Source: Escherichia coli
GTDB lineage: Bacteria > Pseudomonadota > Gammaproteobacteria > Enterobacterales > Enterobacteriaceae
Reading direction: 5' to 3' (one strand)
NCBI RefSeq assembly: GCF_030013205.1
Contig: NZ_CP122648.1
Length of the DNA stretch: 64,000 nt
The notes beneath the pieces were generated by a model, which worked only from the letters and a program-made list of their open reading frames with translations, ran no database searches and had not been told where the DNA came from. Positions within the stretch are counted from its first letter, which is position 1. The number at the start of each line of letters is the position of its first letter. Shown piece after piece: positions 9,264 to 19,978 of this stretch. A program made the position numbers and the translations under genes.

Positions 9264-11501
9264 GTGGACTGGCTTCTTGATGTTTTTGCTACCTGGCTCT
9301 ACGGCTTAAAAGTAATCGCGATAACGTTAGCGGTCATCATGTTCATCAGCGGGCTGGACGATTTTTTTATTGATGTCGTCTACTGGGTACGCCGCATTAA
9401 ACGCAAGTTGAGTGTTTATCGCCGCTACCCGCGAATGAGTTACCGCGAACTGTATAAACCAGATGAAAAACCGTTAGCGATTATGGTTCCGGCGTGGAAT
9501 GAAACGGGCGTCATCGGCAATATGGCCGAGCTGGCGGCGACCACGCTCGACTATGAAAACTATCATATCTTTGTTGGCACCTACCCCAACGACCCCGATA
9601 CTCAGCGTGATGTTGACGAAGTGTGCGCTCGCTTCCCGAATGTGCATAAGGTAGTCTGCGCGCGACCTGGCCCCACCAGCAAAGCCGACTGCCTGAACAA
9701 CGTGCTGGACGCCATCACCCAGTTTGAGCGTAGCGCCAATTTCGCTTTTGCTGGTTTTATTCTGCATGACGCCGAAGATGTGATTTCACCGATGGAATTG
9801 CGTCTGTTCAACTATCTGGTCGAGCGTAAAGATCTGATTCAGATCCCGGTGTATCCGTTCGAACGCGAATGGACGCACTTCACCAGCATGACTTACATTG
9901 ATGAGTTTTCAGAACTGCATGGCAAAGATGTTCCGGTGCGTGAAGCCCTCGCCGGACAAGTGCCCAGCGCAGGCGTCGGTACCTGTTTCAGCCGCCGCGC
10001 CGTGACCGCACTGTTAGCTGACGGTGACGGTATTGCTTTCGACGTGCAGAGTCTTACTGAAGATTACGACATTGGTTTCCGCCTGAAAGAAAAAGGTATG
10101 ACGGAAATTTTTGTCCGTTTTCCGGTGGTGGACGAAGCCAAAGAACGCGAGCAGCGTAAATTTTTACAGCACGCGCGGACGTCAAACATGATCTGCGTGC
10201 GCGAATATTTCCCCGATACCTTTTCGACTGCGGTTCGACAAAAATCTCGCTGGATCATCGGCATTGTTTTCCAGGGCTTTAAAACCCACAAATGGACCTC
10301 CAGCCTGACGCTGAACTACTTTCTCTGGCGCGACCGCAAAGGGGCAATCAGTAACTTTGTCAGCTTCCTCGCGATGCTGGTGATGATCCAGCTTTTGCTG
10401 TTACTGGCGTATGAAAGTTTGTGGCCCGATGCCTGGCATTTCCTTTCTATTTTCAGCGGCAGCGCATGGTTAATGACCCTGCTGTGGCTAAACTTTGGTT
10501 TAATGGTTAACCGCATCGTGCAGCGGGTGATTTTTGTCACTGGCTACTACGGTCTGACGCAGGGGCTGCTATCTGTCCTGCGTCTTTTCTGGGGCAACCT
10601 GATTAACTTCATGGCCAACTGGCGCGCGTTAAAACAGGTACTTCAACACGGCGATCCACGTCGCGTCGCGTGGGATAAAACAACGCATGACTTCCCCAGC
10701 GTGACTGGCGATACCCGCTCGTTGCGTCCGTTAGGTCAAATCCTGCTGGAAAATCAGGTCATCACTGAAGAACAACTCGATACAGCACTGCGTAATCGCG
10801 TCGAAGGTCTACGCCTGGGCGGTTCAATGCTGATGCAGGGGCTGATTAGCGCCGAACAGCTGGCACAGGCGCTGGCAGAGCAAAACAGCGTGGCGTGGGA
10901 GTCGATCGACGCCTGGCAGATCCCTTCATCACTGATTGCCGAAATGCCGGCCTCCGTGGCGCTGCATTATGCAGTGCTGCCGCTGCGTCTGGAAAATGAT
11001 GAGTTAATTGTCGGCAGTGAAGATGGTATTGACCCGGTTTCGCTGGCAGCCCTGACGCGTAAAGTCGGACGCAAAGTGCGTTACGTCATTGTTCTGCGGG
11101 GACAAATTGTCACGGGGTTACGCCACTGGTATGCGCGCCGACGCGGTCACGATCCGCGGGCAATGTTGTACAATGCGGTTCAGCATCAGTGGCTCACGGA
11201 ACAGCAGGCCGGTGAAATCTGGCGGCAATATGTGCCGCATCAGTTCCTGTTCGCCGAAATACTGACCACGCTCGGTCATATTAATCGTTCAGCAATTAAC
11301 GTGTTGTTATTGCGCCATGAACGTAGTTCTCTGCCGCTCGGCAAGTTTTTGGTCACCGAAGGCGTTATCAGCCAGGAAACGTTGGATCGCGTCCTGACAA
11401 TTCAACGCGAATTACAAGTTTCGATGCAATCACTATTACTCAAAGCAGGTTTAAACACAGAACAGGTTGCGCAACTGGAGTCCGAAAATGAAGGAGAATA
11501 A
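9264..11501 (+). CDS. nfrB: Bacteriophage N4 adsorption protein B (inner-membrane glycosyltransferase family 2)
   Basis: 745-aa ORF with GTG start, N-terminal TM helices; length and neighbourhood (nfrA immediately downstream) match K-12 NfrB. Confidence 0.85.
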   Translation: MDWLLDVFATWLYGLKVIAITLAVIMFISGLDDFFIDVVYWVRRIKRKLSVYRRYPRMSYRELYKPDEKPLAIMVPAWNETGVIGNMAELAATTLDYENYHIFVGTYPNDPDTQRDVDEVCARFPNVHKVVCARPGPTSKADCLNNVLDAITQFERSANFAFAGFILHDAEDVISPMELRLFNYLVERKDLIQIPVYPFEREWTHFTSMTYIDEFSELHGKDVPVREALAGQVPSAGVGTCFSRRAVTALLADGDGIAFDVQSLTEDYDIGFRLKEKGMTEIFVRFPVVDEAKEREQRKFLQHARTSNMICVREYFPDTFSTAVRQKSRWIIGIVFQGFKTHKWTSSLTLNYFLWRDRKGAISNFVSFLAMLVMIQLLLLLAYESLWPDAWHFLSIFSGSAWLMTLLWLNFGLMVNRIVQRVIFVTGYYGLTQGLLSVLRLFWGNLINFMANWRALKQVLQHGDPRRVAWDKTTHDFPSVTGDTRSLRPLGQILLENQVITEEQLDTALRNRVEGLRLGGSMLMQGLISAEQLAQALAEQNSVAWESIDAWQIPSSLIAEMPASVALHYAVLPLRLENDELIVGSEDGIDPVSLAALTRKVGRKVRYVIVLRGQIVTGLRHWYARRRGHDPRAMLYNAVQHQWLTEQQAGEIWRQYVPHQFLFAEILTTLGHINRSAINVLLLRHERSSLPLGKFLVTEGVISQETLDRVLTIQRELQVSMQSLLLKAGLNTEQVAQLESENEGE

Positions 11502-14460
11502 CCTTAATCGCGTCATCGGATGGTCTGGTTTACTGCTGACGTCTTTATTGAGTACCAGCGCACTCGCAGACAATATCGGCACCAGCGCAGAAGAGCTGGG
11601 GCTGAGCGATTATCGCCATTTTGTTATTTATCCCCGTCTCGATAAGGCGCTGAAGGCACAAAAAAATAACGACGAAGCAACCGCCATCCGCGAATTTGAA
11701 TATATACACCAACAGGTGCCGGATAATATTCCGCTAACTTTATACCTTGCGGAAGCCTATCGCCATTTTGGTCATGATGACTGGGCGCGGCTGTTGCTTG
11801 AGGATCAACTGAAACGTCACCCAGGAGATGCCCGACTTGAGCGCAGTCTGGCGGCTATTCCAGTTGAAGTGAAAAGCGTTACGACTGTTGAAGAACTGCT
11901 TGCCCAGCAAAAAGCATGCGATGCTGCGCCGACCCTGCGTTGTCGCAGTGAAGTTGGGCAGAATGCCCTGCGGCTGGCACAATTACCTGTCGCCAGAGCG
12001 CAACTGAACGATGCGACGTTTGCTGCATCGCCGAAAGGAAAAACGCTGCGAACCGATCTGCTGCAACGGGCAATCTACCTGAAGCAATGGTCCCAGGCAG
12101 ATACGCTATACAATGAAGCACGCCAGCAGAACACATTAAGCGCGGCAGAACGCCGCCAGTGGTTTGATGTGCTTCTTGCCGGGCAGCTGGACGATCGGAT
12201 CCTGGCGCTGCAATCACAGGGGATCTTCACCGATCCGCAGTCATATATTACTTACGCGACCGCGCTGGCTTATCGTGACAAAAAAGCACGCCTCCAGCGT
12301 TATCTCATTGAAAATACGCCGCTATTTACCACGGACGCACAAGAGAAAAGTTGGCTCTATCTGTTATCTAAATACAGCGGCAACCCCGTTCAGGCGTTGG
12401 CGAATTATACGGTACAGTTTGCCGACAACCGCCAGTATGTTGTTGGCGCGACGCTACCGGTGCTGTTAAAAGAAGGTCAGTACGACGCAGCGCAAAAACT
12501 GCTCGCCACCCTCCCCGCCAATGAAATGCTTGAGGAGCGTTATACCGTTAGCGTAGCGACCCATAACAAGGCTGAAGCTCTGCGTCTGGCACGATTGCTG
12601 TATCAGCAAGAACCGGCAAATCTTACCCGCCTGGATCAACTGACCTGGCAACTGATGCAGAACGAGCAGTCACGCGAAGCTGCCGATTTATTGCTGCAAC
12701 GCTATCCTTTCCAGGGCGATGCGCGTGTCAGCCAGACTTTAATGGCGCGACTGGCGTCTCTGCTGGAAAGTCATCCTTACCTGGCAACTCCGGCGAAGGT
12801 GGCGATTTTATCGAAACCCTTACCGCTGGCGGAGCAACGTCAGTGGCAAAGTCAGTTGCCGGGTATTGCAGATAATTGCCCGGCAATAGTTCGCTTGCTG
12901 GGCGATATGTCGCCTTCCTACGATGCCGCCGCCTGGAACCGTCTGGCAAAGTGTTATCGGGACACGCTACCCGGTGTGGCGTTGTATGCATGGCTTCAGG
13001 CCGAACAACGACAACCGAACGCCTGGCAACATCGTGCGGTAGCCTATCAGGCGTATCAGGTTGAGGACTACGCCACCGCACTGGCGGCCTGGCAGAAAAT
13101 CAGTCTTCACGACATGAGCAATGAGGATCTGCTTGCTGCTGCCAATACCGCCCAGGCGGCAGGAAATGGTGCGGCTCGCGATCGCTGGCTTCAGCAGGCA
13201 GAACAACGTGGGCTGGGAAACAATGCCCTCTACTGGTGGCTGCATGCGCAACGTTACATTCCTGGTCAGCCGGAACTCGCACTGAACGATCTCACGCGCT
13301 CAATCAATATTGCGCCTTCTGCCAACGCTTACGTTGCGCGGGCGACAATTTATCGCCAACGTCATAATGTCCCAGCGGCGGTGAGTGATTTGCGCGCCGC
13401 GCTGGAACTGGAACCGAATAATAGCAACACCCAGGCAGCGCTCGGTTACGCCTTGTGGGATAGCGGTGATATCGCACAGTCGCGGGAAATGCTCGAACAG
13501 GCGCATAAAGGGCTACCAGACGATCCGGCACTTATCCGACAACTGGCCTACGTGAACCAGCGTCTGGATGACATGCCTGCGACGCAGCACTACGCCCGGC
13601 TGGTGATTGATGACATTGATAATCAGGCGCTGATAACCCCACTGACCCCAGAGCAAAATCAGCAACGCTTCAATTTCCGCCGTCTGCATGAGGAGGTCGG
13701 TCGCCGCTGGACGTTCAGTTTCGATTCTTCCATCGGCTTGCGTTCCGGCGCGATGAGTACCGCTAACAATAATGTCGGCGGCGCAGCGCCAGGGAAAAGC
13801 TATCGTAGCTACGGGCAACTGGAAGCCGAGTACCGCATCGGACGCAATATGCTGCTGGAAGGCGACCTGCTCTCGGTTTACAGCCGTGTATTTGCCGATA
13901 CCGGAGAAAACGGGGTGATGATGCCGGTGAAAAATCCGATGTCCGGCACCGGTCTGCGCTGGAAGCCGCTGCGCGATCAGATCTTTTTCCTCGCCGTCGA
14001 ACAGCAGTTGCCGCTGAACGGGCAAAATGGCGCATCCGATACCATGCTGCGCGCCAGCGCCTCATTCTTTAATGGCGGCAAATACAGCGATGAATGGCAC
14101 CCGAACGGTTCAGGCTGGTTTGCCCAAAACCTGTACCTCGATGCGGCGCAATATGTCCGCCAGGATATTCAGGCGTGGACGGCAGATTATCGCGTCAGCT
14201 GGCATCAGAAGGTGGCGAACGGACAGACTATTGAGCCTTACGCTCACGTTCAGGACAACGGTTATCGTGATAAAGGCACTCAGGGCGCGCAGCTTGGCGG
14301 TGTCGGGGTCCGCTGGAATATCTGGACCGGCGAGACGCACTACGACGCCTGGCCGCACAAAGTCAGTCTCGGCGTCGAGTATCAACATACCTTTAAGGCA
14401 ATTAATCAACGTAACGGAGAGCGCAACAACGCGTTTCTCACCATTGGAGTGCACTGGTAA
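11488..14460 (+). CDS. nfrA: Bacteriophage N4 adsorption protein A (outer-membrane TPR protein)
   Basis: 990-aa product from MKENNLNRVIGWSGLLL (signal peptide); overlaps the nfrB stop; C-terminal beta-rich region. Confidence 0.85.
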   Translation: MKENNLNRVIGWSGLLLTSLLSTSALADNIGTSAEELGLSDYRHFVIYPRLDKALKAQKNNDEATAIREFEYIHQQVPDNIPLTLYLAEAYRHFGHDDWARLLLEDQLKRHPGDARLERSLAAIPVEVKSVTTVEELLAQQKACDAAPTLRCRSEVGQNALRLAQLPVARAQLNDATFAASPKGKTLRTDLLQRAIYLKQWSQADTLYNEARQQNTLSAAERRQWFDVLLAGQLDDRILALQSQGIFTDPQSYITYATALAYRDKKARLQRYLIENTPLFTTDAQEKSWLYLLSKYSGNPVQALANYTVQFADNRQYVVGATLPVLLKEGQYDAAQKLLATLPANEMLEERYTVSVATHNKAEALRLARLLYQQEPANLTRLDQLTWQLMQNEQSREAADLLLQRYPFQGDARVSQTLMARLASLLESHPYLATPAKVAILSKPLPLAEQRQWQSQLPGIADNCPAIVRLLGDMSPSYDAAAWNRLAKCYRDTLPGVALYAWLQAEQRQPNAWQHRAVAYQAYQVEDYATALAAWQKISLHDMSNEDLLAAANTAQAAGNGAARDRWLQQAEQRGLGNNALYWWLHAQRYIPGQPELALNDLTRSINIAPSANAYVARATIYRQRHNVPAAVSDLRAALELEPNNSNTQAALGYALWDSGDIAQSREMLEQAHKGLPDDPALIRQLAYVNQRLDDMPATQHYARLVIDDIDNQALITPLTPEQNQQRFNFRRLHEEVGRRWTFSFDSSIGLRSGAMSTANNNVGGAAPGKSYRSYGQLEAEYRIGRNMLLEGDLLSVYSRVFADTGENGVMMPVKNPMSGTGLRWKPLRDQIFFLAVEQQLPLNGQNGASDTMLRASASFFNGGKYSDEWHPNGSGWFAQNLYLDAAQYVRQDIQAWTADYRVSWHQKVANGQTIEPYAHVQDNGYRDKGTQGAQLGGVGVRWNIWTGETHYDAWPHKVSLGVEYQHTFKAINQRNGERNNAFLTIGVHW

Positions 14461-15351
14461 ATGCGTAAGTTCATTTTCGTATTGCTGACACTGCTTTTGG
14501 TCAGCCCTTTTTCCTTTGCGATGAAAGGTATTATCTGGCAACCACAAAACCGTGATAGTCAGGTTACCGATACCCAGTGGCAGGGGCTGATGAGTCAGTT
14601 ACGTTTGCAAGGCTTCGATACCCTGGTTTTGCAATGGACCCGTTACGGCGATGCATTCACCCAGCCAGAACAGCGCGCGTTATTGTTTAAGCGTGCAGCA
14701 GCTGCGCAACAGGCTGGCCTGAAGCTGATTGTCGGGCTGAATGCCGATCCGGAATTTTTTATGCACCAGAAACAGTCATCCGCGGCGCTGGAAAGCTATC
14801 TTAATCGCCTGCTGGCTGCCGATCTCCAGCAAGCCAGATTATGGAGCGCCGCGCCTGGCGTAACGCCGGATGGCTGGTACATCAGCGCGGAAATTGACGA
14901 CCTGAACTGGCGCAGCGAAGCCGCCCGTCAACCGTTGCTGACATGGTTAAACAACGCGCAGCGGTTGATTAGCGATGTTTCAGCAAAACCGGTTTATATC
15001 AGTAGTTTTTTCGCCGGAAACATGTCGCCCGATGGCTATCGCCAACTGCTGGAACAAGTTAAAACAACCGGCGTTAATGTCTGGGTACAGGATGGCAGCG
15101 GCGTGAATAAACTTACCGCTGAACAGCGTGAACGTTATCTACAGGCCAGCGCCGATTGCCAAAGTTCCGCCCCTGCCAGCGGCATTGTTTATGAACTGTT
15201 TGTCGCCGGCAAAGGTAAAACCTTTACAGCGAAACCGAAACCGGATGCAGAGATCGCCTCGCTGTTAGCGAAACGTTCCTCTTGCGGTAAAGACACGCTC
15301 TATTTCTCTCTGCGCTATTTGCCCGTTGCGCACGGCATTCTCGAGTATTAA
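14461..15351 (+). CDS. ybcH: Uncharacterised periplasmic protein YbcH
   Basis: 296-aa ORF with signal peptide, immediately after nfrA as in K-12. Confidence 0.75.
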   Translation: MRKFIFVLLTLLLVSPFSFAMKGIIWQPQNRDSQVTDTQWQGLMSQLRLQGFDTLVLQWTRYGDAFTQPEQRALLFKRAAAAQQAGLKLIVGLNADPEFFMHQKQSSAALESYLNRLLAADLQQARLWSAAPGVTPDGWYISAEIDDLNWRSEAARQPLLTWLNNAQRLISDVSAKPVYISSFFAGNMSPDGYRQLLEQVKTTGVNVWVQDGSGVNKLTAEQRERYLQASADCQSSAPASGIVYELFVAGKGKTFTAKPKPDAEIASLLAKRSSCGKDTLYFSLRYLPVAHGILEY

Positions 15352-15533
15352 ATCTCCTCCAGGTAAGTCGGGTACGACCTGGCTTACCTCTTTCGCTCTC
15401 GTCAGAATTCCATCAAGATTAATTGCTAAAAAGCGTGCTAAAGAAAGAAGATCGTTATCGGCGAACGGGCCGATCACTCATGCAGGAAGCATAGATCCTT
15501 TGAGCGGAGTTTCTGATATCTGAGGAGTGCGAA

Positions 15534-16295
15534 ATGCAATTGAGCAGCAGTGAACCTTGCGTGGTGATCCTGACCGAAAAAGAGGTAGAGGTAAGCGTCA
15601 ATAACCATGCCACGTTTACCCTTCCGAAAAATTACCTGGCCGCCTTCGCGTGCAACAATAACGTCATTGAACTCTCAACGTTAAATCACGTATTAATCAC
15701 CCACATCAACCGCAACATCATCAACGATTATCTGTTGTTTTTAAATAAGAACTTAACCTGTGTAAAGCCCTGGTCGCGGCTGGCAACCCCGGTTATCGCT
15801 TGTCATAGCCGTACACCGGAAGTGTTCCGGCTAGCCGCCAACCACAGCAAGCAGCAACCCAGCAAACCCTGCGAAGCGGAGTTGACGCGCGCATTGCTTT
15901 TTACCGTATTGTCTAACTTTCTGGAGCAATCGCGGTTTATTGCCCTACTGATGTATATCTTACGCAGCAGCGTCCGCGACAGCGTCTGCCGCATTATTCA
16001 AAGCGATATTCAGCATTACTGGAATCTGCGAATTGTCGCCAGTTCGCTATGTTTAAGCCCCAGCCTGCTCAAAAAGAAATTAAAAAACGAAAATACCAGC
16101 TATAGCCAGATTGTCACAGAGTGTCGTATGCGTTACGCCGTACAGATGTTATTGATGGATAACAAAAATATCACTCAGGTAGCGCAATTATGTGGCTATA
16201 GCAGCACGTCGTACTTTATCTCTGTTTTTAAGGCGTTTTACGGCCTGACACCGTTGAATTATCTCGCCAAACAGCGACAAAAAGTGATGTGGTGA
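15534..16295 (+). CDS. envY: AraC-family transcriptional regulator (porin thermoregulation)
   Basis: 253-aa ORF with C-terminal AraC-type HTH; sits between ybcH and the prophage boundary as in K-12. Confidence 0.75.
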   Translation: MQLSSSEPCVVILTEKEVEVSVNNHATFTLPKNYLAAFACNNNVIELSTLNHVLITHINRNIINDYLLFLNKNLTCVKPWSRLATPVIACHSRTPEVFRLAANHSKQQPSKPCEAELTRALLFTVLSNFLEQSRFIALLMYILRSSVRDSVCRIIQSDIQHYWNLRIVASSLCLSPSLLKKKLKNENTSYSQIVTECRMRYAVQMLLMDNKNITQVAQLCGYSSTSYFISVFKAFYGLTPLNYLAKQRQKVMW

Positions 16296-16340
16296 AGGAC
16301 AAAGCGGAAACGGATAAGACGGGGATAAATGAAGAAGAAA

Positions 16341-16385
16341 TGGCGCGCCCTGCAGGATTCGAACCTGCGGCCCACGACTTAGAAG
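16341..16385. repeat. Direct repeat of the tRNA-Arg 3' end (distal att site of the argU island)
   Basis: 45 nt identical to 26672-26716 (the 3' part of argU). Confidence 0.9.
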
Positions 16386-16808
16386 TTCCTAGAACGACAT
16401 TTTAAGTCAACAACTTACCACGCCATCTCTGCGCTCACACGTCCCACTACCTCAAAACATGTAAAGCCTTGCAAGCCATTGTGAGGCCTTATGTGTCTCA
16501 GTTTTGTCCCTCTTTTTTGTACTAAAAAACATAGTAATTGAGGATAAACCTCATGCTATTTTCGCTTATATGCCTCTAAAGGCATGGCACTTAAATAGAT
16601 AAAAGCACCACAAAAGCATAAAAAAACCACACAGTAAAACCACAATATGAAACAATAACAGATAATTAAACTAAAAACAGATAGCGCATTGTGATAATCA
16701 TTCAATACTAAACAAAATATAAACAGTGGAGCAATATGTAATTGACTCATTAAGTTAGATATAAAAAATACATATTCAATCATTAAAACGATTGAATGGA
16801 GAACTTTT

Positions 16809-17762
16809 ATGCGGGCGAAACTTCTGGGAATAGTCCTGACAACCCCTATTGCGATCAGCTCTTTTGCTTCTACCGAGACTTTATCGTTTACTCCTGACAA
16901 CATAAATGCGGACATTAGTCTTGGAACTCTGAGCGGAAAAACAAAAGAGCGTGTTTATCTAGCCGAAGAAGGAGGCCGAAAAGTCAGTCAACTCGACTGG
17001 AAATTCAATAACGCTGCAATTATTAAAGGTGCAATTAATTGGGATTTGATGCCCCAGATATCTATCGGGGCTGCTGGCTGGACAACTCTCGGCAGCCGAG
17101 GTGGCAATATGGTCGATCAGGACTGGATGGATTCCAGTAACCCCGGAACCTGGACGGATGAAAGTAGACACCCTGATACACAACTCAATTATGCCAACGA
17201 ATTTGATCTGAATATCAAAGGCTGGCTCCTCAACGAACCCAATTACCGCCTGGGACTCATGGCCGGATATCAGGAAAGCCGTTATAGCTTTACAGCCAGA
17301 GGTGGTTCCTATATCTACAGTTCTGAGGAGGGATTCAGAGATGATATCGGCTCCTTCCCGAATGGAGAAAGAGCAATCGGCTACAAACAACGTTTTAAAA
17401 TGCCCTACATTGGCTTGACTGGAAGTTATCGTTATGAAGATTTTGAGCTAGGTGGCACATTTAAATACAGCGGCTGGGTGGAAGCATCTGATAACGATGA
17501 GCACTATGACCCAGGAAAAAGAATCACTTATCGCAGTAAAGTCAAAGACCAAAATTACTATTTTGTTGCAGTCAATGCAGGTTATTACGTAACACCTAAC
17601 GCAAAAGTTTATGTTGAAGGCGCATGGAATCGGGTTACGAATAAAAAAGGTAATACTTCACTTTATGATCACAATGATAACACTTCAGACTACAGCAAAA
17701 ATGGTGCAGGCATAGAAAACTATAACTTCATCACTACTGCTGGTCTTAAGTACATCTTTTAA
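16809..17762 (+). CDS. ompT: Outer-membrane protease VII (omptin)
   Basis: 317-aa ORF with signal peptide and omptin beta-barrel sequence; location inside the argU prophage next to envY as in K-12 DLP12. Confidence 0.9.
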   Translation: MRAKLLGIVLTTPIAISSFASTETLSFTPDNINADISLGTLSGKTKERVYLAEEGGRKVSQLDWKFNNAAIIKGAINWDLMPQISIGAAGWTTLGSRGGNMVDQDWMDSSNPGTWTDESRHPDTQLNYANEFDLNIKGWLLNEPNYRLGLMAGYQESRYSFTARGGSYIYSSEEGFRDDIGSFPNGERAIGYKQRFKMPYIGLTGSYRYEDFELGGTFKYSGWVEASDNDEHYDPGKRITYRSKVKDQNYYFVAVNAGYYVTPNAKVYVEGAWNRVTNKKGNTSLYDHNDNTSDYSKNGAGIENYNFITTAGLKYIF

Positions 17763-17948
17763 CGAAGTTAACCAGATTCTCTCCCCGGTGGTATTGTATA
17801 ACCCCGGGGAATTTGTTTACAGTTACAAGTAGACAATATCCACTAATTTTGTAAGTATTTAACCTATGTCATAACGTGTAATCTCTTGCCGCAACACAAG
17901 ACCTCAATATATTCAAATTTTATCTTTATTCCGATATTCAGAGACACA

Positions 17949-19433
17949 ATGCGAAAAATAATTACTCATTTCAAAGTTGTTTTAACGTTACTTCTACCAG
18001 TAACCGTATCTGCCCAGCAGATACAGTGGCAATCCTGTATGGCCAGTCAATTCAACCACTGGTTTGGTGAGGAAAAACCGTCTCCTGACTTACTATGTGG
18101 TTATTTGTCTGTTCCATTAAAATATACAGACACAGGCGGAGATGCTTCTTATGAAAAAAAATCACAAGTCAAACTAGCGTTGACAAAATTGCCGGCAAAA
18201 AGCAAGCATAAAGGAAGTATCCTGATAATAAGTGGTGGTCCCGGGTTACCAGGCATAAATCCTTATATTAACTTTGACTGGCCAGTCACAAATCTTCGTG
18301 AGTCATGGGATATTATTGGATTTGATCCTCGAGGCGTCGGACAGTCCACTCCGACAATAAACTGCCGGCAATCAGATACAGAGACTCAGGAAAACATAAC
18401 CGAAAAGCAACAAGTATTAAATAAAATTAATGCCTGTATCCATAATACCGGAGCCGAAGTCATTCGCCATATCGGCTCTAACGAGGCTGTGTACGATATT
18501 GATCGTATTAGGCAAGCCTTGGGGGATAAACAACTGACAGCCGTGGCGTATTCGTATGGAACTCAAATTGCAGCCTTATATGCAGAACGTTTTCCCTACA
18601 ACGTAAGATCTATCGTTCTTGATGGAGTCGTCGATATCGATGACCTGGAGGACAACTTCACATGGCAACTCAAACAGGCACAGAGTTATCAGGAAACGTT
18701 TGATCGCTTTGCATCCTGGTGTGCGCGTACAAAAAGTTGCCCGCTTTCTTCAGACAGAGATAAGGCAATAACTCAGTTCCATGAGCTATTATCAAAATTA
18801 CATCACAAACCTTTATTAGACAGTAAGGGAGAAAATATATCTTCAGATGAACTCATATCATTAACAACAGACCTTCTGCTATGGCGTTCATCATGGCCAA
18901 CCCTTGCAACTGCCATACGCCAGTTCTCTCAGGGGATTGTCAGTAATGAAATTGAAACTGCGCTCAGTGCTCCGATAGCCTCAGAAGAGTCAAGCGATGC
19001 TTCGGGGGTAATCCTCTGTGTAGATCAGGGGGATGAGCAATTAACACCAGAAGAGCGAAAATCCCGAAAAGACGCTCTTGCGAATGCCTTCCCGGCTATT
19101 AACTTTGACAATGGACGTTCCGATTCACCTGATTTTTGTGAATTATGGCCAATACATAGCGACCTGAACAAAACTCGCCTGAAAAATATTGTTCTGCCCT
19201 CTGGTTTACTGTTTGTAGCACACAAATACGACCCAACAACGCCCTGGATTAATGCCCGTAAGATGGCAGAGAAATTTTCCAGCCCGTTACTAACAATAAA
19301 TGGTGATGGGCATACATTAGCTCTCACCGGAGTTAATTTATGTGTAGATAAAGCAGTTGTACATCACCTGATCACTCCACAAAAAATAGAAAATATATAC
19401 TGCCCAGGAAATTCTGAAGCAGAAATACAATAA
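17949..19433 (+). CDS. Secreted alpha/beta-hydrolase, S33/TAP-like peptidase family (putative)
   Basis: ATG at 17949 gives MRKIITHFKVVLTLLLPVTVSAQQ (signal peptide); nucleophile elbow VAYSYGTQ; size (~494 aa) and layout resemble proline iminopeptidase / tripeptidyl aminopeptidase-type hydrolases. Confidence 0.6.
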   Translation: MRKIITHFKVVLTLLLPVTVSAQQIQWQSCMASQFNHWFGEEKPSPDLLCGYLSVPLKYTDTGGDASYEKKSQVKLALTKLPAKSKHKGSILIISGGPGLPGINPYINFDWPVTNLRESWDIIGFDPRGVGQSTPTINCRQSDTETQENITEKQQVLNKINACIHNTGAEVIRHIGSNEAVYDIDRIRQALGDKQLTAVAYSYGTQIAALYAERFPYNVRSIVLDGVVDIDDLEDNFTWQLKQAQSYQETFDRFASWCARTKSCPLSSDRDKAITQFHELLSKLHHKPLLDSKGENISSDELISLTTDLLLWRSSWPTLATAIRQFSQGIVSNEIETALSAPIASEESSDASGVILCVDQGDEQLTPEERKSRKDALANAFPAINFDNGRSDSPDFCELWPIHSDLNKTRLKNIVLPSGLLFVAHKYDPTTPWINARKMAEKFSSPLLTINGDGHTLALTGVNLCVDKAVVHHLITPQKIENIYCPGNSEAEIQ

Positions 19434-19455
19434 TTTCAAAATATTCCGCTATTTG

Positions 19456-19495
19456 CTCCCAATGCAAAACATATATTGCATTGGGAGCATATTCA
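19456..19495 (+). terminator. Rho-independent terminator after the hydrolase gene
   Basis: Perfect 12-bp inverted repeat ctcccaatgcaa/ttgcattgggag with 9-nt loop, followed by a T-rich run. Confidence 0.7.
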
Positions 19496-19616
19496 TATTT
19501 TTGTTATTCTTGTATGAAATCGTCTCATGTACACGGTCCTTTTTTCGCCGAAAACTGATATTACTTTAATCAAAAGTTGACGTGCCAGATTCGAAGTAAA
19601 TTTATAAAATATCAAA

Positions 19617-19922
19617 TCAATATACATTTTGCACCTTCGAGATAGTAATGAATGTTACTGTAACATGAGTTACAAACAGCTTCATACCCAGAGCTACTGA
19701 TGTATCAACACGATTCAACAATACCCGATATTTATTCCATGCCTCCAGCAACGATCTTTCTTCCTCCGTTGCGATTTCCAGATCTACAGCATCCTGCAGT
19801 GGCGCAATATACTCACTGAATTCCTGGATGTAGAACTGTGTGGTGACGGTCTTCCAGCCATTCGGCTCCTGCTGTATCGAAGCATACCAGGCTATTTCAA
19901 TATCGCTATGCTGCGGCAGCAT
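19617..19922 (-). CDS. Hypothetical phage protein sharing a ~37-aa segment with the gene remnant at 20700-20867
   Basis: 101-aa ORF; the central segment [34 protein letters not shown] is encoded by one copy of the ~120-bp direct repeat. Confidence 0.4.
   Translation of the reverse strand: MLPQHSDIEIAWYASIQQEPNGWKTVTTQFYIQEFSEYIAPLQDAVDLEIATEEERSLLEAWNKYRVLLNRVDTSVALGMKLFVTHVTVTFITISKVQNVY
19699..19818. repeat. Direct repeat copy A (~120 bp, ~88% identical to copy B)
   Basis: Hand alignment to 20748-20867. Confidence 0.8.
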
Positions 19923-19978
19923 TTAACCCCTTGTAATTCATCGCCATAATTGATTTAATTCACAAATAAAACTATAAC

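Noticed and set aside
16556-16915. 119-aa minus-strand ORF upstream of and overlapping ompT
   Set aside because: It lies in the AT-rich ompT promoter/leader, overlaps the ompT start on the opposite strand, and has a hydrophobic low-complexity translation typical of AT-rich non-coding DNA.
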